This document shows, one piece after another, positions 10,238 through 19,329 of a stretch of 64,000 nucleotides of DNA. The translations under genes and the position numbers were made by a program. The stretch covers positions 12,347-76,346 of the forward strand of contig JANQNG010000053.1 of NCBI GenBank assembly GCA_028279685.1, read 5' to 3'. The notes beneath the pieces were generated by a model. The model had not been told where the DNA came from. It worked only from the letters and a program-made list of their open reading frames with translations, and made no database searches. Within the stretch, counting starts at the first letter, position 1. Each line of letters opens with the position of its first letter. This stretch comes from Candidatus Nanoarchaeia archaeon (GTDB lineage: Archaea > Nanobdellota > Nanobdellia > Woesearchaeales > SKIA01).

Positions 10238-10339
10238 TCACCTCCAACGAATATATCTATAACCAAGATTCAACTGCTTTCTTGTTGCATTTCTAATCTG
10301 TTCGAATGCCAATCGTTCAATAGTTTTTGTTTCGTTCAT
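10238..10339 (-). CDS. 33-aa basic microprotein (not in ORF track)
   Basis: GAGGTGAT SD then MNETKTIERLAFEQIRNATRKQLNLGYRYIRWR; its end contains the SD of the next gene. Confidence 0.5.
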   Translation of the reverse strand: MNETKTIERLAFEQIRNATRKQLNLGYRYIRWR

Positions 10340-10439
10340 ATGATCACCTCTAAACTATCTTTGGTAAAAGAAATTTATAAACCTCGCATGGGAATGTCCA
10401 GTGCTAGTAGAAAATATGGCATTAATTATATGGAAAATA

Positions 10440-10766
10440 TTATGGGATTTCTATAGTATCAGCGATAATTGATCTTTTTCCCTTGAAAATGCTAATTCTT
10501 CCTTTCACATTGATAGTTTCATTCGTGAGATTGACTCCATCAAAGAAAATTATGCGCTCTTTGCTTTCTATATGGGCATCGATAAAAGTAATATTTCCTT
10601 TCTTCTCCGTCGAGATCACATTTGCTTTGAAGTAGACTTGTTCATTATCGTCAAAAGCCAAGCTGAATCTTTCTTCATCAGCTAAAATCTTTGAAAAAAT
10701 AAACAAAAATATTAATCCAACCATAGAAATCATCAATGAAATTCTCTTTAAAGTGCGTTCGTGCAT
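10440..10766 (-). CDS. Membrane-anchored OB-fold protein
   Basis: N-terminal TM then OB-like strands ending VKGRISIFKGKRSIIAD. Confidence 0.65.
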   Translation of the reverse strand: MHERTLKRISLMISMVGLIFLFIFSKILADEERFSLAFDDNEQVYFKANVISTEKKGNITFIDAHIESKERIIFFDGVNLTNETINVKGRISIFKGKRSIIADTIEIP

Positions 10767-10838
10767 GAATATTCTGAAAAAATAGTTATTAATATATGTT
10801 TGTGATAAAAAATTGTAAATGTTTACGAAGATTTTGAA

Positions 10839-10943
10839 AAAATCACGATTTAACCTCGTTTTTTCGTGATTTTAACGCTAAAAATAATAACATTTAAAAA
10901 GGATCGGTTCTAAAAATGTATTGTTGTGATAGTCATTATCACA
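10839..10943. promoter_or_regulatory. Two inverted repeats around the TATA box of the Lys-rich gene
   Basis: AAAATCACGA-N15-TCGTGATTTT (10839-10873); TGTGATA-N5-TATCACA (10925-10943); TTTAAAAA between them. Confidence 0.45.
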
Positions 10944-10971
10944 TAAAAACTGCTATGAGGTGAGCGCACCA

Positions 10972-11316
10972 ATGGCTAAACGAAAAGTTAAAAGAAAAAA
11001 GCCAGTTAGAAGGAAGAAAAAGGCAGTGAAGAAGAAGACCAAAAAGAAGGCTAAGCGAAAAGTTAAGAGAAAGAAGAAAGTAAAGAAGAAGGCTAAGAGA
11101 AAGGTCAAAAGAAAGAAGAAAGCTAAGAAGAAGACCAAGAAAAATGCTAAGAGAAAGGTCAAAAGAAAGAAGAAAGCTAAAAGAAAAGTGAAGAGAAAGA
11201 AGAAAGCTAAGAAGAAGACCAAGAAAAAAGCTAAGAGAAAGGTCAAAAGAAAGAAGAAAGCCAAGAAAAAGGTCAAAAGAAAGAAAAAACCTGCCAAGAG
11301 GAAAAAGAAGAGATAG
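10972..11316 (+). CDS. Lys/Arg-rich histone H1/protamine-like repeat protein
   Basis: GAGGTGAG SD; 86 of 114 residues K/R, no acidic residues; synonymous variation between repeats; T-rich terminator. Confidence 0.8.
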   Translation: MAKRKVKRKKPVRRKKKAVKKKTKKKAKRKVKRKKKVKKKAKRKVKRKKKAKKKTKKNAKRKVKRKKKAKRKVKRKKKAKKKTKKKAKRKVKRKKKAKKKVKRKKKPAKRKKKR

Positions 11317-11332
11317 ACTTCTTTTATTTTTT

Positions 11333-11710
11333 TTATTTATTAACCATTAATTCAATTTCTGTTGTTTTTAGTTCGTATGTGAGTGTGTTAAATATGATTC
11401 TCAGCGTTCTCGTCTGAATCGTATCTTGGACAGTAGCATAACACAGACATTCATAAGAGGTATAGGTGTTGCATCGTACATTGACTATGCGATACTGCTT
11501 TTCTAGTGCTGAAGTTATTTCAGCATCAAGATGTTCACAGAGAGAAGGGTTCTCTTCATGAGTAGAAGGATAATTAAAGAATATCCAGAGAACAATGCCT
11601 ACCATGGCAATGTTGAACAGTATCATAAGAAGGAAAAGCTTCCTATATTGTCGATGTTTTTTCATAGAAAGTACAACATACTTATTGTTTTTATAGTTTC
11701 TGTAGTACAA
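11333..11710 (-). CDS. Hypothetical single-TM protein
   Basis: Basic N-terminus, TM helix, Cys-containing ectodomain; true start probably the internal Met (MKKHRQ). Confidence 0.6.
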   Translation of the reverse strand: MYYRNYKNNKYVVLSMKKHRQYRKLFLLMILFNIAMVGIVLWIFFNYPSTHEENPSLCEHLDAEITSALEKQYRIVNVRCNTYTSYECLCYATVQDTIQTRTLRIIFNTLTYELKTTEIELMVNK

Positions 11711-11742
11711 ATTTTTTTATAGTATCAGATATTTCAACCAAC

Positions 11743-12567
11743 ATGAGTGATGTTATAGCATTAATTTGCGATGCCGATCAGACACTAAATCCTGAACTAA
11801 TGCAGAAGCCATTGTTCGAGCATTATGGTGTGACGCCGAAAGATTTTTTTGCTGAGGTTAGCAAAAGAGTAGAATCAATAAGAAAACAAGGAAAAAGAAT
11901 ACAATCTGAGTTGGCATATCTCAATCTGATCTTAGAAAAGATTGCTGATGGAACATTCAAAAATTTGAATGATGTGCTGTTGAGAAAGATAGGAAAGGAT
12001 ATTGAGTTCTGCAAAGGAGTTCCCGCAGTATTTGGGAAGTTAAGGAAATTACTTGCTGCAGAATTTCCTGAAATAAAACTTGAAGTTTATGTAGTGAGCA
12101 GTGGTATGAAAGAATTGCTAATGGGAAGTGCATTGATGACTTGCCCTGAAGAGGAACGTATCAATGATGTGTATGCGTGTGAGTTCCTTGAGAAAAATGA
12201 TGTCTTATCTGAAGTTGTTTTGAATGTCAGTTATACAGAAAAGACCCGTTTCTTATTTGAGATATCGAAGGGAACGGCTAAGGTGAATGAGCGTATTCCT
12301 ATCAAGAGAGTGCCGTTTAAGCAAATGATCTATGTTGGGGATGGATTGAGTGATGTTCCTTGTTTTAGTCTATTAATGGACAATGGAGGACATTGTTTAG
12401 GTATTTATGATCCTGATAATAAAGAATCATATGAGAAAGTAAAGAAATTACTAGATGATAAACGTGTTCATGCTATTGGTCCTTGGGATTACACTGAAAA
12501 AAGCCCTACCTATAAATGGCTTGTTAAAAGAATAAGAAAAATAGCAAAAAACAATAAAATTAATTAA
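11743..12567 (+). CDS. HAD-like hydrolase
   Basis: DADQTL motif I, VVSSG motif II, YVGDGLSDVP motif IV. Confidence 0.88.
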   Translation: MSDVIALICDADQTLNPELMQKPLFEHYGVTPKDFFAEVSKRVESIRKQGKRIQSELAYLNLILEKIADGTFKNLNDVLLRKIGKDIEFCKGVPAVFGKLRKLLAAEFPEIKLEVYVVSSGMKELLMGSALMTCPEEERINDVYACEFLEKNDVLSEVVLNVSYTEKTRFLFEISKGTAKVNERIPIKRVPFKQMIYVGDGLSDVPCFSLLMDNGGHCLGIYDPDNKESYEKVKKLLDDKRVHAIGPWDYTEKSPTYKWLVKRIRKIAKNNKIN

Positions 12568-14693
12568 GTTGGGCATTGATAGTTGTTAGGCATATTACCA
12601 CTAGACCAATCTACAGATTCATCTGGATCACCAGGAAATGTTCCGCAAGGACATGCTCCATCTGAGCAATCTGCTTCTGTGTAACCATCTGCTTCTGCGC
12701 CACAGGCATTGATGAAGGTTGTGTCTTCAATACCGTTATTGTCAGTATCACAGCAGACAGGTCTCCAGACATACAGTGAACACGGTCTCTCATCATCAGC
12801 AGGCCACAAGAATCGTTCACCACTAAAGAAACCCATTTCTCTTCTTGCAATAGGGATGACAATACCAATGCCGTTACCAGGACAATTCTCCATGCAAGTT
12901 ATCTCAAGGTCTGTGTCACAATCTCCTCCTACACAATCATATGTCCCGAAAGAAACTGACCAGATAGCTTCTGTTTCAGGATGGTTGAGCGTCAGGTCTC
13001 CGTCAATCTCGATATTGCCTGTGATCTTAAGGTCATCGTCAATTTCAACAGGAAGGCTTTCATTCTCCGGTGTTGTGTTTTCATTTCTCATGAAACCTTG
13101 AATATCCATGAGTCCATCGAGAAGCATAGTATTGCTGTAAAAATTACCAGCAAAGAGATTGTTTGTTGAGAATTGGGGAGTCTGCATACTAATCGGTGTA
13201 CAAAGGTCTGTATTGCTGTAGGCATCATCAATATTACCATTACAGTTGTTATCAATACCATCATTACACATCCTAGGCCCATCTTCAATAACTCCTGGAT
13301 TGATGCCTGCTGCAAAATCTTCAAGATCAGTATATTGGTTATCTCCCTGACCAACCATGTAATTATATACTTCGTTGTTTGCATCCATACCAGCAGCAGC
13401 TAATTCATCAATAGTGTCGACACAATCACAGTTATTTACATTTTCAGAGGGATTGTTTCCAACGTAACCATCTCCATCAGTATCAACAACATTTGGATTG
13501 TCTTGAAAATTTTGAGGTCCACAACCCACTCCAAGTATCCACCCATCACAGGCTTGCTCTTGATCATCAATAAGTCCATCACAGTCATTATCAAGACCAT
13601 CATTACAACGTCCAATATCACTTCCTTCTGTTATGCCTGGGTTAACATTGTCTTTTGTGTCGTCACAATCATTGCCTGTTGCTCCTGGGCACGGCTGAGT
13701 TCCACCGCTTGGTTTTCTCCAAACCCCTGAACAAACAAGCGTTTCATCAGGATAGTTGTCAAGATCGTCGTCACAACCCTCATCAATAATGAAATCATTG
13801 TCATTATCAATGTTGTCACAAATTTCAGTAGGAACAACAACATTGTCGTACATCGTAAATAATGAACTGACTTCTGTGCTAGTGAGTGCGTAATTGAAAA
13901 TACGGAGTTCATCAATATATCCTGTGTAGCTTGTCAACGAAGATCCTGCTACAAAGAAGCTTGCTGCATTGGAGAGATCTCTTGCTTCATCAGCGAAGTT
14001 CACCATATCATCATTTTGTGGAATACCATCAATATAGTAAAGTGCTTCTTGATCTCTATCAAAAACCCATACAACATGATGCCATACATTATCGTTCATA
14101 TCCATTGGAGCTGATTGAAGAAGTAAAGCCATGCCATCTTGGTTATCTTGAAATTCTCCTGCCAATCTTCCTGTATTGAAGAAGACTTCATATCCTGGCT
14201 GCATTGTCTCTTTCTTCTGAATAAGCGTTGCTTTTCCGCTTGGATCAGTTGTTTTTACCCATGCAGAAACAGTAAAATCTTGATTGTCCCCTATGTTCAT
14301 TACTGCTGGCCCATAGTTTAAGTAGCTTCCTGCAAATTGCACAGATTGTCCAAATTTACTGGGTTTGTATGAAACACCAGCAGGATCTCCTATTACTGTC
14401 GCTGGAGTACTGCTGACTTTATCATCGGTATCTCCATCCATAACTAAATAAAACAATAAGTTATCACAGAATTCATCAACTTGACCATTGCAGTTATCAT
14501 CTGTTCCGTCAGGACCTCCACCTGGCTTGAAACAAACTTCAAATGCTCCTGGATTGACATTTTCGTTACTTTCACTGCAGTCTTCAGGAACAGTGTATCC
14601 ATCACCATCAGTATCTGTCGCGGCTGAAACAACACCGACGAGAAACAGCATTATAATTAATACAACCATTGTGTTAAAAAGTTTTGCTTTCAT
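12564..14693 (-). CDS. Secreted LamG-like jellyroll protein with MopE-like Asp/Cys repeats
   Basis: Signal peptide; DxDGDGY..DC..VNPGA.E.C..DDNCNG repeats; FTVSAWVK..WHHVVWVFD..GYIDELRIFNYAL. Confidence 0.85.
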   Translation of the reverse strand: MKAKLFNTMVVLIIMLFLVGVVSAATDTDGDGYTVPEDCSESNENVNPGAFEVCFKPGGGPDGTDDNCNGQVDEFCDNLLFYLVMDGDTDDKVSSTPATVIGDPAGVSYKPSKFGQSVQFAGSYLNYGPAVMNIGDNQDFTVSAWVKTTDPSGKATLIQKKETMQPGYEVFFNTGRLAGEFQDNQDGMALLLQSAPMDMNDNVWHHVVWVFDRDQEALYYIDGIPQNDDMVNFADEARDLSNAASFFVAGSSLTSYTGYIDELRIFNYALTSTEVSSLFTMYDNVVVPTEICDNIDNDNDFIIDEGCDDDLDNYPDETLVCSGVWRKPSGGTQPCPGATGNDCDDTKDNVNPGITEGSDIGRCNDGLDNDCDGLIDDQEQACDGWILGVGCGPQNFQDNPNVVDTDGDGYVGNNPSENVNNCDCVDTIDELAAAGMDANNEVYNYMVGQGDNQYTDLEDFAAGINPGVIEDGPRMCNDGIDNNCNGNIDDAYSNTDLCTPISMQTPQFSTNNLFAGNFYSNTMLLDGLMDIQGFMRNENTTPENESLPVEIDDDLKITGNIEIDGDLTLNHPETEAIWSVSFGTYDCVGGDCDTDLEITCMENCPGNGIGIVIPIARREMGFFSGERFLWPADDERPCSLYVWRPVCCDTDNNGIEDTTFINACGAEADGYTEADCSDGACPCGTFPGDPDESVDWSSGNMPNNYQCPT

Positions 14694-14835
14694 ATTAACA
14701 TCACCTTCTTGAATCTAATGTTTTTTTGGGAAAGCACTCATTCTAAATCATTGTAAAAAGTAACTCACCCCTTATGGTAAGAACTTTACGCTCTAAATTG
14801 TTTATAAATATTGCGCTTGTAGAAGATATAGATAA

Positions 14836-14924
14836 TGGACCAAGGGGGATTCGAACCCCCGACCTACGGCTCTCCTTCCAGATGATAGAAGGCCGTCGCC
14901 CTATCCAGACTAGGCCACTGGTCC
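14836..14924 (-). tRNA. tRNA-Arg(UCU) with 14-nt canonical 37/38 intron (14872..14885)
   Basis: Cloverleaf GGACCAG/TTGGTCC, anticodon stem ACGGC/GCCGT, TTCGAAT loop; intron GAAGG pairs with CCTTC; CCA not encoded. Confidence 0.93.
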
Positions 14925-15053
14925 ATAGGGTTTAAAAATGCAAGTCTTTATTTAAATCTTTTCAAGAGATCAACTTAACCTTATATAAACTCATGAGTAG
15001 TCACAACAGAGAATTTTATAAATGATGATTGTATTCTCTCTCCTGGTGATATT

Positions 15054-16157
15054 ATGACAGAAACTAATGATCCATCCATGATTGTAAAATACTGGGGAGT
15101 ACGAGGAAGTATCCCTACTCCGTTAACTGATGAGGAAATTAGGGAAAAACAGAAAGAGCTTATTAAGAAAGCTGTTGCTGATACTGGCCTTAATTTTATT
15201 AGACATGGAAATCAACAGAATGATAATGCTATTGACGAATTTCTTAATCAATTACCAAGATCAATAACAGGCACCTATGGAGGAGATACAACTTGTGTTG
15301 AGGTGCAAGCAAGAGATTCTCCTTTAGTTATTTTTGATGCAGGTTCGGGAATACGAAGATTGGGAGCCCACCTATTTTTCAACTATATCATGAAAAATAT
15401 GGCTCCAGAAAATATTGACGATATCAATCTTAATCCATTGAACAAAGAAGGAAACTCAAAGAAAGATATCCATATGTTCTTATCGCACTTTCATTGGGAT
15501 CATATACAAGGGTTGCCTTTCTTTGTTCCGGCGTTCCTTCCAAAATATCTGGGAATAAATCTTAGGTTTTATGGTCGGGAAGATGCAGATAATCAAATGT
15601 CTGAAGCATTAAAAGGTCAGCAACAAGATCCTGTGTTTCCTATTAATTGGCATGACTTGCCCTGTGAAAGAGGATATAAAGATCTTCCAAGAATGGATCC
15701 GCAAGAAGTTATTATAGATGAAGATTGTAATCTAAAAATCAATTATACTGAAGTGAATCATCCAGAAGGAGCGTTTGCTTATTCAGTTGAAATTAATAGA
15801 AAGAAATTTGTGTTTGCTACTGATAATGAACCTGGAGCAGTCTTAGATCAGAAATTAGTCAAATTAGCAGAAGGTGCTGATGAGTTGTATGTTGACACAC
15901 AGTATTCTGAGAAAGAGTATCCATCAAAACTTGGTTGGGGACATGGTAGGCCAAAAGATGCGGTTGATTTAGCATTGGCAGCGGGAGTCAAAACACTTAT
16001 TGGTGGACATCATGAGCCTATGAAAAACGATTTTCAGCTTGATGAGATGCACGAAGAGGCAGTCAAATACAAAAATGAGCAATTGAAGCTTCCTGAACAT
16101 GAAGGCAAGAAGCTTGAAATTATTTGGGCTCACCAAGGATTGGAGAGAAGATTATAA
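15054..16157 (+). CDS. MBL-fold metallo-hydrolase (bacterial WGVRGS type)
   Basis: WGVRGSIPTP, YGGDTTC, SHFHWDHIQG, GWGH, HHEP motifs. Confidence 0.9.
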   Translation: MTETNDPSMIVKYWGVRGSIPTPLTDEEIREKQKELIKKAVADTGLNFIRHGNQQNDNAIDEFLNQLPRSITGTYGGDTTCVEVQARDSPLVIFDAGSGIRRLGAHLFFNYIMKNMAPENIDDINLNPLNKEGNSKKDIHMFLSHFHWDHIQGLPFFVPAFLPKYLGINLRFYGREDADNQMSEALKGQQQDPVFPINWHDLPCERGYKDLPRMDPQEVIIDEDCNLKINYTEVNHPEGAFAYSVEINRKKFVFATDNEPGAVLDQKLVKLAEGADELYVDTQYSEKEYPSKLGWGHGRPKDAVDLALAAGVKTLIGGHHEPMKNDFQLDEMHEEAVKYKNEQLKLPEHEGKKLEIIWAHQGLERRL

Positions 16158-16240
16158 CATCTCAACACTCATAACTGAGCACTGATAACTGCTATAAGCC
16201 GATATATTTATAAAGGGATTTCTAATCTCTTACTTTTACA

Positions 16241-16648
16241 ATGGGTGATGTTAAACAAGTATCAGTTGGATCATTACAAAAAGGTCGATATTGTGTCATT
16301 GATGATGCTGCCTGCACCGTTGTTGATGTGAAGGTCTCAAGACCTGGAAAGCATGGCCATGCCAAAGTAAACTTAACAGCAGTTGGTATGCTTGATGGCA
16401 AAAAACGCAATGTGATTATGCCTGGGCATGATATGATTGAGTCTCCTGTTATTGATAAGAAAAATGCACAAGTGCTTTCTGTAGAGGGAAATACTGCTAA
16501 TGTAATGGATGCAGAATCATACGAAACCTTTGATCTCAGCATACCTGATGAGCTGCAAGGACAAGTCAAGGAAGGAGATGTTGTTGTCTATTGGGTTATC
16601 CTTGATGACAAAGTAATGAAACAAATCAAAGGAAGCACAGAAGAGTGA
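16241..16648 (+). CDS. eif5a: Translation factor aIF-5A
   Basis: SRPGKHGHAK hypusination motif. Confidence 0.97.
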   Translation: MGDVKQVSVGSLQKGRYCVIDDAACTVVDVKVSRPGKHGHAKVNLTAVGMLDGKKRNVIMPGHDMIESPVIDKKNAQVLSVEGNTANVMDAESYETFDLSIPDELQGQVKEGDVVVYWVILDDKVMKQIKGSTEE

Positions 16649-16653
16649 TAGTA

Positions 16654-16815
16654 ATGGCAAAATTCGAAGAGGCCCATGCGCGCCTATACAACAATATCTT
16701 TGTCTGCAAACGTTGCAAGTCGAAGATTAGAACAACAAATATGAGAGTTATCGACGGTAAAGTGCGCTGCAGGAAATGTAGCTATCCTAATTTGCGTCCG
16801 ATAAAAAGAAAGTAG
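16654..16815 (+). CDS. rpl40e: 50S ribosomal protein L40e (not in ORF track)
   Basis: MAKFEEAHARLYNNIFVCKRCKSK..CRKCSYPNLRPIKRK zinc ribbon. Confidence 0.9.
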   Translation: MAKFEEAHARLYNNIFVCKRCKSKIRTTNMRVIDGKVRCRKCSYPNLRPIKRK

Positions 16816-16852
16816 GGAAATCTTTTTAAATAAGATAGGATGAATTGTTCTT

Positions 16853-18031
16853 ATGGTTTTTGATTGGTTGTGGAATTTTATTGTTAGTTACAAGGAAATA
16901 ATCATCTTCTATTTGATTATTATCATTCTTATTAGAATATTCCGTAAGAGACTTACTTTCCAATCGAAATTCATTGTATTATTGAAGACAAAACTTGGAC
17001 TTGCCTTTATGGAGAAGATTGCCAACAAACATAGAAATATGGTCAAACTCCTCGGATATATTGGCATTGGCATTGGATTCACAGGCATGGTGATTATTTG
17101 TTTTCTTCTTTTGAAAGGATTGTATTCATTGATATTTGTGCCTGAAGCTCCTGCTGTACTCACACCGGTTATTCCTGGTGTTAAAATTCCAGGCAGTCCT
17201 GTGTTTGTGCCATTTTGGTATGGCATTATAGCATTATTTATCGTAGTGGTGGTGCATGAATTTAGTCATGGCGTTGTTGCAAGAGCGCATAATCTCAAAA
17301 TCAAAAGTTCAGGACTGGTAATGTTTGGGCCGTTGTTCGGTGCGTTTGTTGAACCAGAAGAAAAACAACTGACAAAGGCGCAAGATACGAAACAATATTC
17401 TGTTCTTGCTGCAGGACCTTTTTCTAATGTACTTCTCGCTGTTGTTGTTGGGTTGATTATTGTTTTTATTGTTGCACCAATACAAGGCACTATGGAGTAT
17501 AATGCAGGAGTTTCGTTTGTTGATCTTGATCCAGGCTATGGAGCAGAAGCAGCCGGACTTCAGCCCGATGTTGCTTATACGTTTTTTGATGGTAAAGATG
17601 TTTCTTCTGTAGAAGAACTGAGCCTTATGCTCCAATGTAAATCGCCAGGAGAAGAGATAAGAATAGGAAATGAAAAAGGAACATATACAGTGATGCTCAA
17701 TGAGAGTCCTGCGAATCCTGGTAAAGCATATTTAGGTGTTCTTGGGGCAACATCTGCAATGAAACTCAAAGAGGAAAATCTTTCTTTCTTGCATACATTG
17801 CTTCTTGTTTTCCGAAGATTACTCGAATGGGTGGTTGTCCTGAGTCTTGGTATAGGATTAGCGAATCTTCTTCCACTGGGGCCTGTTGATGGTGGTAGGA
17901 TGCTGCTTGTCTCGTTAACTGCTGCCTATGGAAACAAGAAGGGCAAGTTCATTTGGGGAAAGACAAGTATTCTTTGCCTTATTATTATCATCATATTAGT
18001 TCTTGTTCCTATTATTAAAGGTATTTTCTAA
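16853..18031 (+). CDS. Site-2 protease (M50) with PDZ-like insert
   Basis: HEFSH, AGPFSN, NLLPLGPVDGG. Confidence 0.93.
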   Translation: MVFDWLWNFIVSYKEIIIFYLIIIILIRIFRKRLTFQSKFIVLLKTKLGLAFMEKIANKHRNMVKLLGYIGIGIGFTGMVIICFLLLKGLYSLIFVPEAPAVLTPVIPGVKIPGSPVFVPFWYGIIALFIVVVVHEFSHGVVARAHNLKIKSSGLVMFGPLFGAFVEPEEKQLTKAQDTKQYSVLAAGPFSNVLLAVVVGLIIVFIVAPIQGTMEYNAGVSFVDLDPGYGAEAAGLQPDVAYTFFDGKDVSSVEELSLMLQCKSPGEEIRIGNEKGTYTVMLNESPANPGKAYLGVLGATSAMKLKEENLSFLHTLLLVFRRLLEWVVVLSLGIGLANLLPLGPVDGGRMLLVSLTAAYGNKKGKFIWGKTSILCLIIIIILVLVPIIKGIF

Positions 18032-18063
18032 ATTGTTATAAACTAGATTCTGTTTCTGATGCT

Positions 18064-18738
18064 ATGCATATATCAATTGTCCTTTGGAAACCAGCACATC
18101 CAGGTAATCTAGGTGCTGTAGCAAGAGTAATGGCTAATTTTGGATTTACGAAGCTTATTTTGATTGATCCTGAATGTAGTATTGACCAAGAGGCAAAAAA
18201 TAGAGCTAAGCATGCTCAGAGTATTTTAGAAAATGTTGTTATTTCTGACGAGAAAATTCTTGAAAGATTTGATATGCTTATTGCGACATCAGGAAAACTA
18301 GGATCAGATTATAATATTCCAAGAATCCCATTAACGCCTGCGCAATTAGCTGAAAATATTGGTAAATATAATTGTGCGCTTGTCTTCGGACCGGAAGACA
18401 GTGGATTAACCAATGAACAACTGAAGCGATGTGATTTGCTCGTCCATATTCCTGCTTCAAAAGAATATCCTATCTTTAATCTTTCGCATGCCGTTGGTAT
18501 ATTGCTCTATGAGCTTTTCAAGAAAAATGAAGAGACAACGGTGTCGCATATCTCGTCAGCAACAAAGAAAGAGAAAGAACTTCTTGTTGAAGTGATCGAG
18601 AAGAAACTGAAAACAATGGAATTCACGACAGAAGACAAGAGAGAGACTCAACGAAAGCTCTGGAAAAAAATTATAGGGAAAAGTTTTCTTACAAAAAGAG
18701 AAGCCCAATCACTAATAGGATTTCTTAAAAAAATATAG
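18064..18738 (+). CDS. trmJ: TrmJ/TrmH-family SPOUT RNA methyltransferase
   Basis: PGNLGAVARVMANFG, VFGPEDSGL, NLSHAV. Confidence 0.85.
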   Translation: MHISIVLWKPAHPGNLGAVARVMANFGFTKLILIDPECSIDQEAKNRAKHAQSILENVVISDEKILERFDMLIATSGKLGSDYNIPRIPLTPAQLAENIGKYNCALVFGPEDSGLTNEQLKRCDLLVHIPASKEYPIFNLSHAVGILLYELFKKNEETTVSHISSATKKEKELLVEVIEKKLKTMEFTTEDKRETQRKLWKKIIGKSFLTKREAQSLIGFLKKI

Positions 18739-18745
18739 AAGAAAA

Positions 18746-19159
18746 TTATTTCTTCGAAGTGATCTTTGGAAGTTGCACTGGAGGAGGCAGATTAATATCT
18801 CTACTTAAGATTAGTGCCTCCACGTGACATTTAGAAAGTATGGTGTTCATCACGTTTTCCGCTACATCTGGAGAAAGTTTTTTATTCTTCTTCCATTCGG
18901 CAACAATCTTTTTTGCTTCATCAGCGTTACCGAGGTGCACGACCTCTCCATTGATTTGAATTTTCCCAATATTAGGATCATATTTTGAAAGGAATTCAAA
19001 TCCAAATTTTAATCCTGTTTGATCTTTGATGCCTGTCTTGATATCAAGTTCTTCTACAGAAGAAATATTGACATTATTGGAGATACTGATCTTTCCTTTT
19101 GAAGTACCTTCTTTCTTCTCAACGATCATTTTGGTAAAATTAAAGCCTATAACACCCAT
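18746..19159 (-). CDS. Conserved archaeal protein, possible SecB-like fold
   Basis: AGGTGAT SD before ATG 19159; beta-rich body, long helix, then LPPPVQLP tail. Confidence 0.6.
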   Translation of the reverse strand: MGVIGFNFTKMIVEKKEGTSKGKISISNNVNISSVEELDIKTGIKDQTGLKFGFEFLSKYDPNIGKIQINGEVVHLGNADEAKKIVAEWKKNKKLSPDVAENVMNTILSKCHVEALILSRDINLPPPVQLPKITSKK

Positions 19160-19329
19160 ATTTATCACCTGTACTTTGATATAAGCGATATTGGTCAGCA
19201 TTTTATAAAGTTTGTGTCTCTTAGAAAAGAGATAAATTTATATATAACATATATTAGTATATTATATTGTATACTGAAATACAAAAATGTATATAGGTAT
19301 TCGGAAAAGGCGAAAAGAGGTGAGCAATA

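Noticed and set aside
10953-11297. 114-aa Phe/Leu-rich ORF that looks like a membrane protein
   Set aside because: It is the antisense shadow of the Lys-codon-rich gene; SD, TATA and terminator all support the + strand.
10972-11316. Tandem DNA repeats as a possible CRISPR array or satellite
   Set aside because: Units are in-frame multiples of 3 with synonymous changes and no unique spacers.
14700-15050. tRNA as an integration site for a mobile element
   Set aside because: No integrase, and I found no duplicate of the tRNA 3' end in the window.
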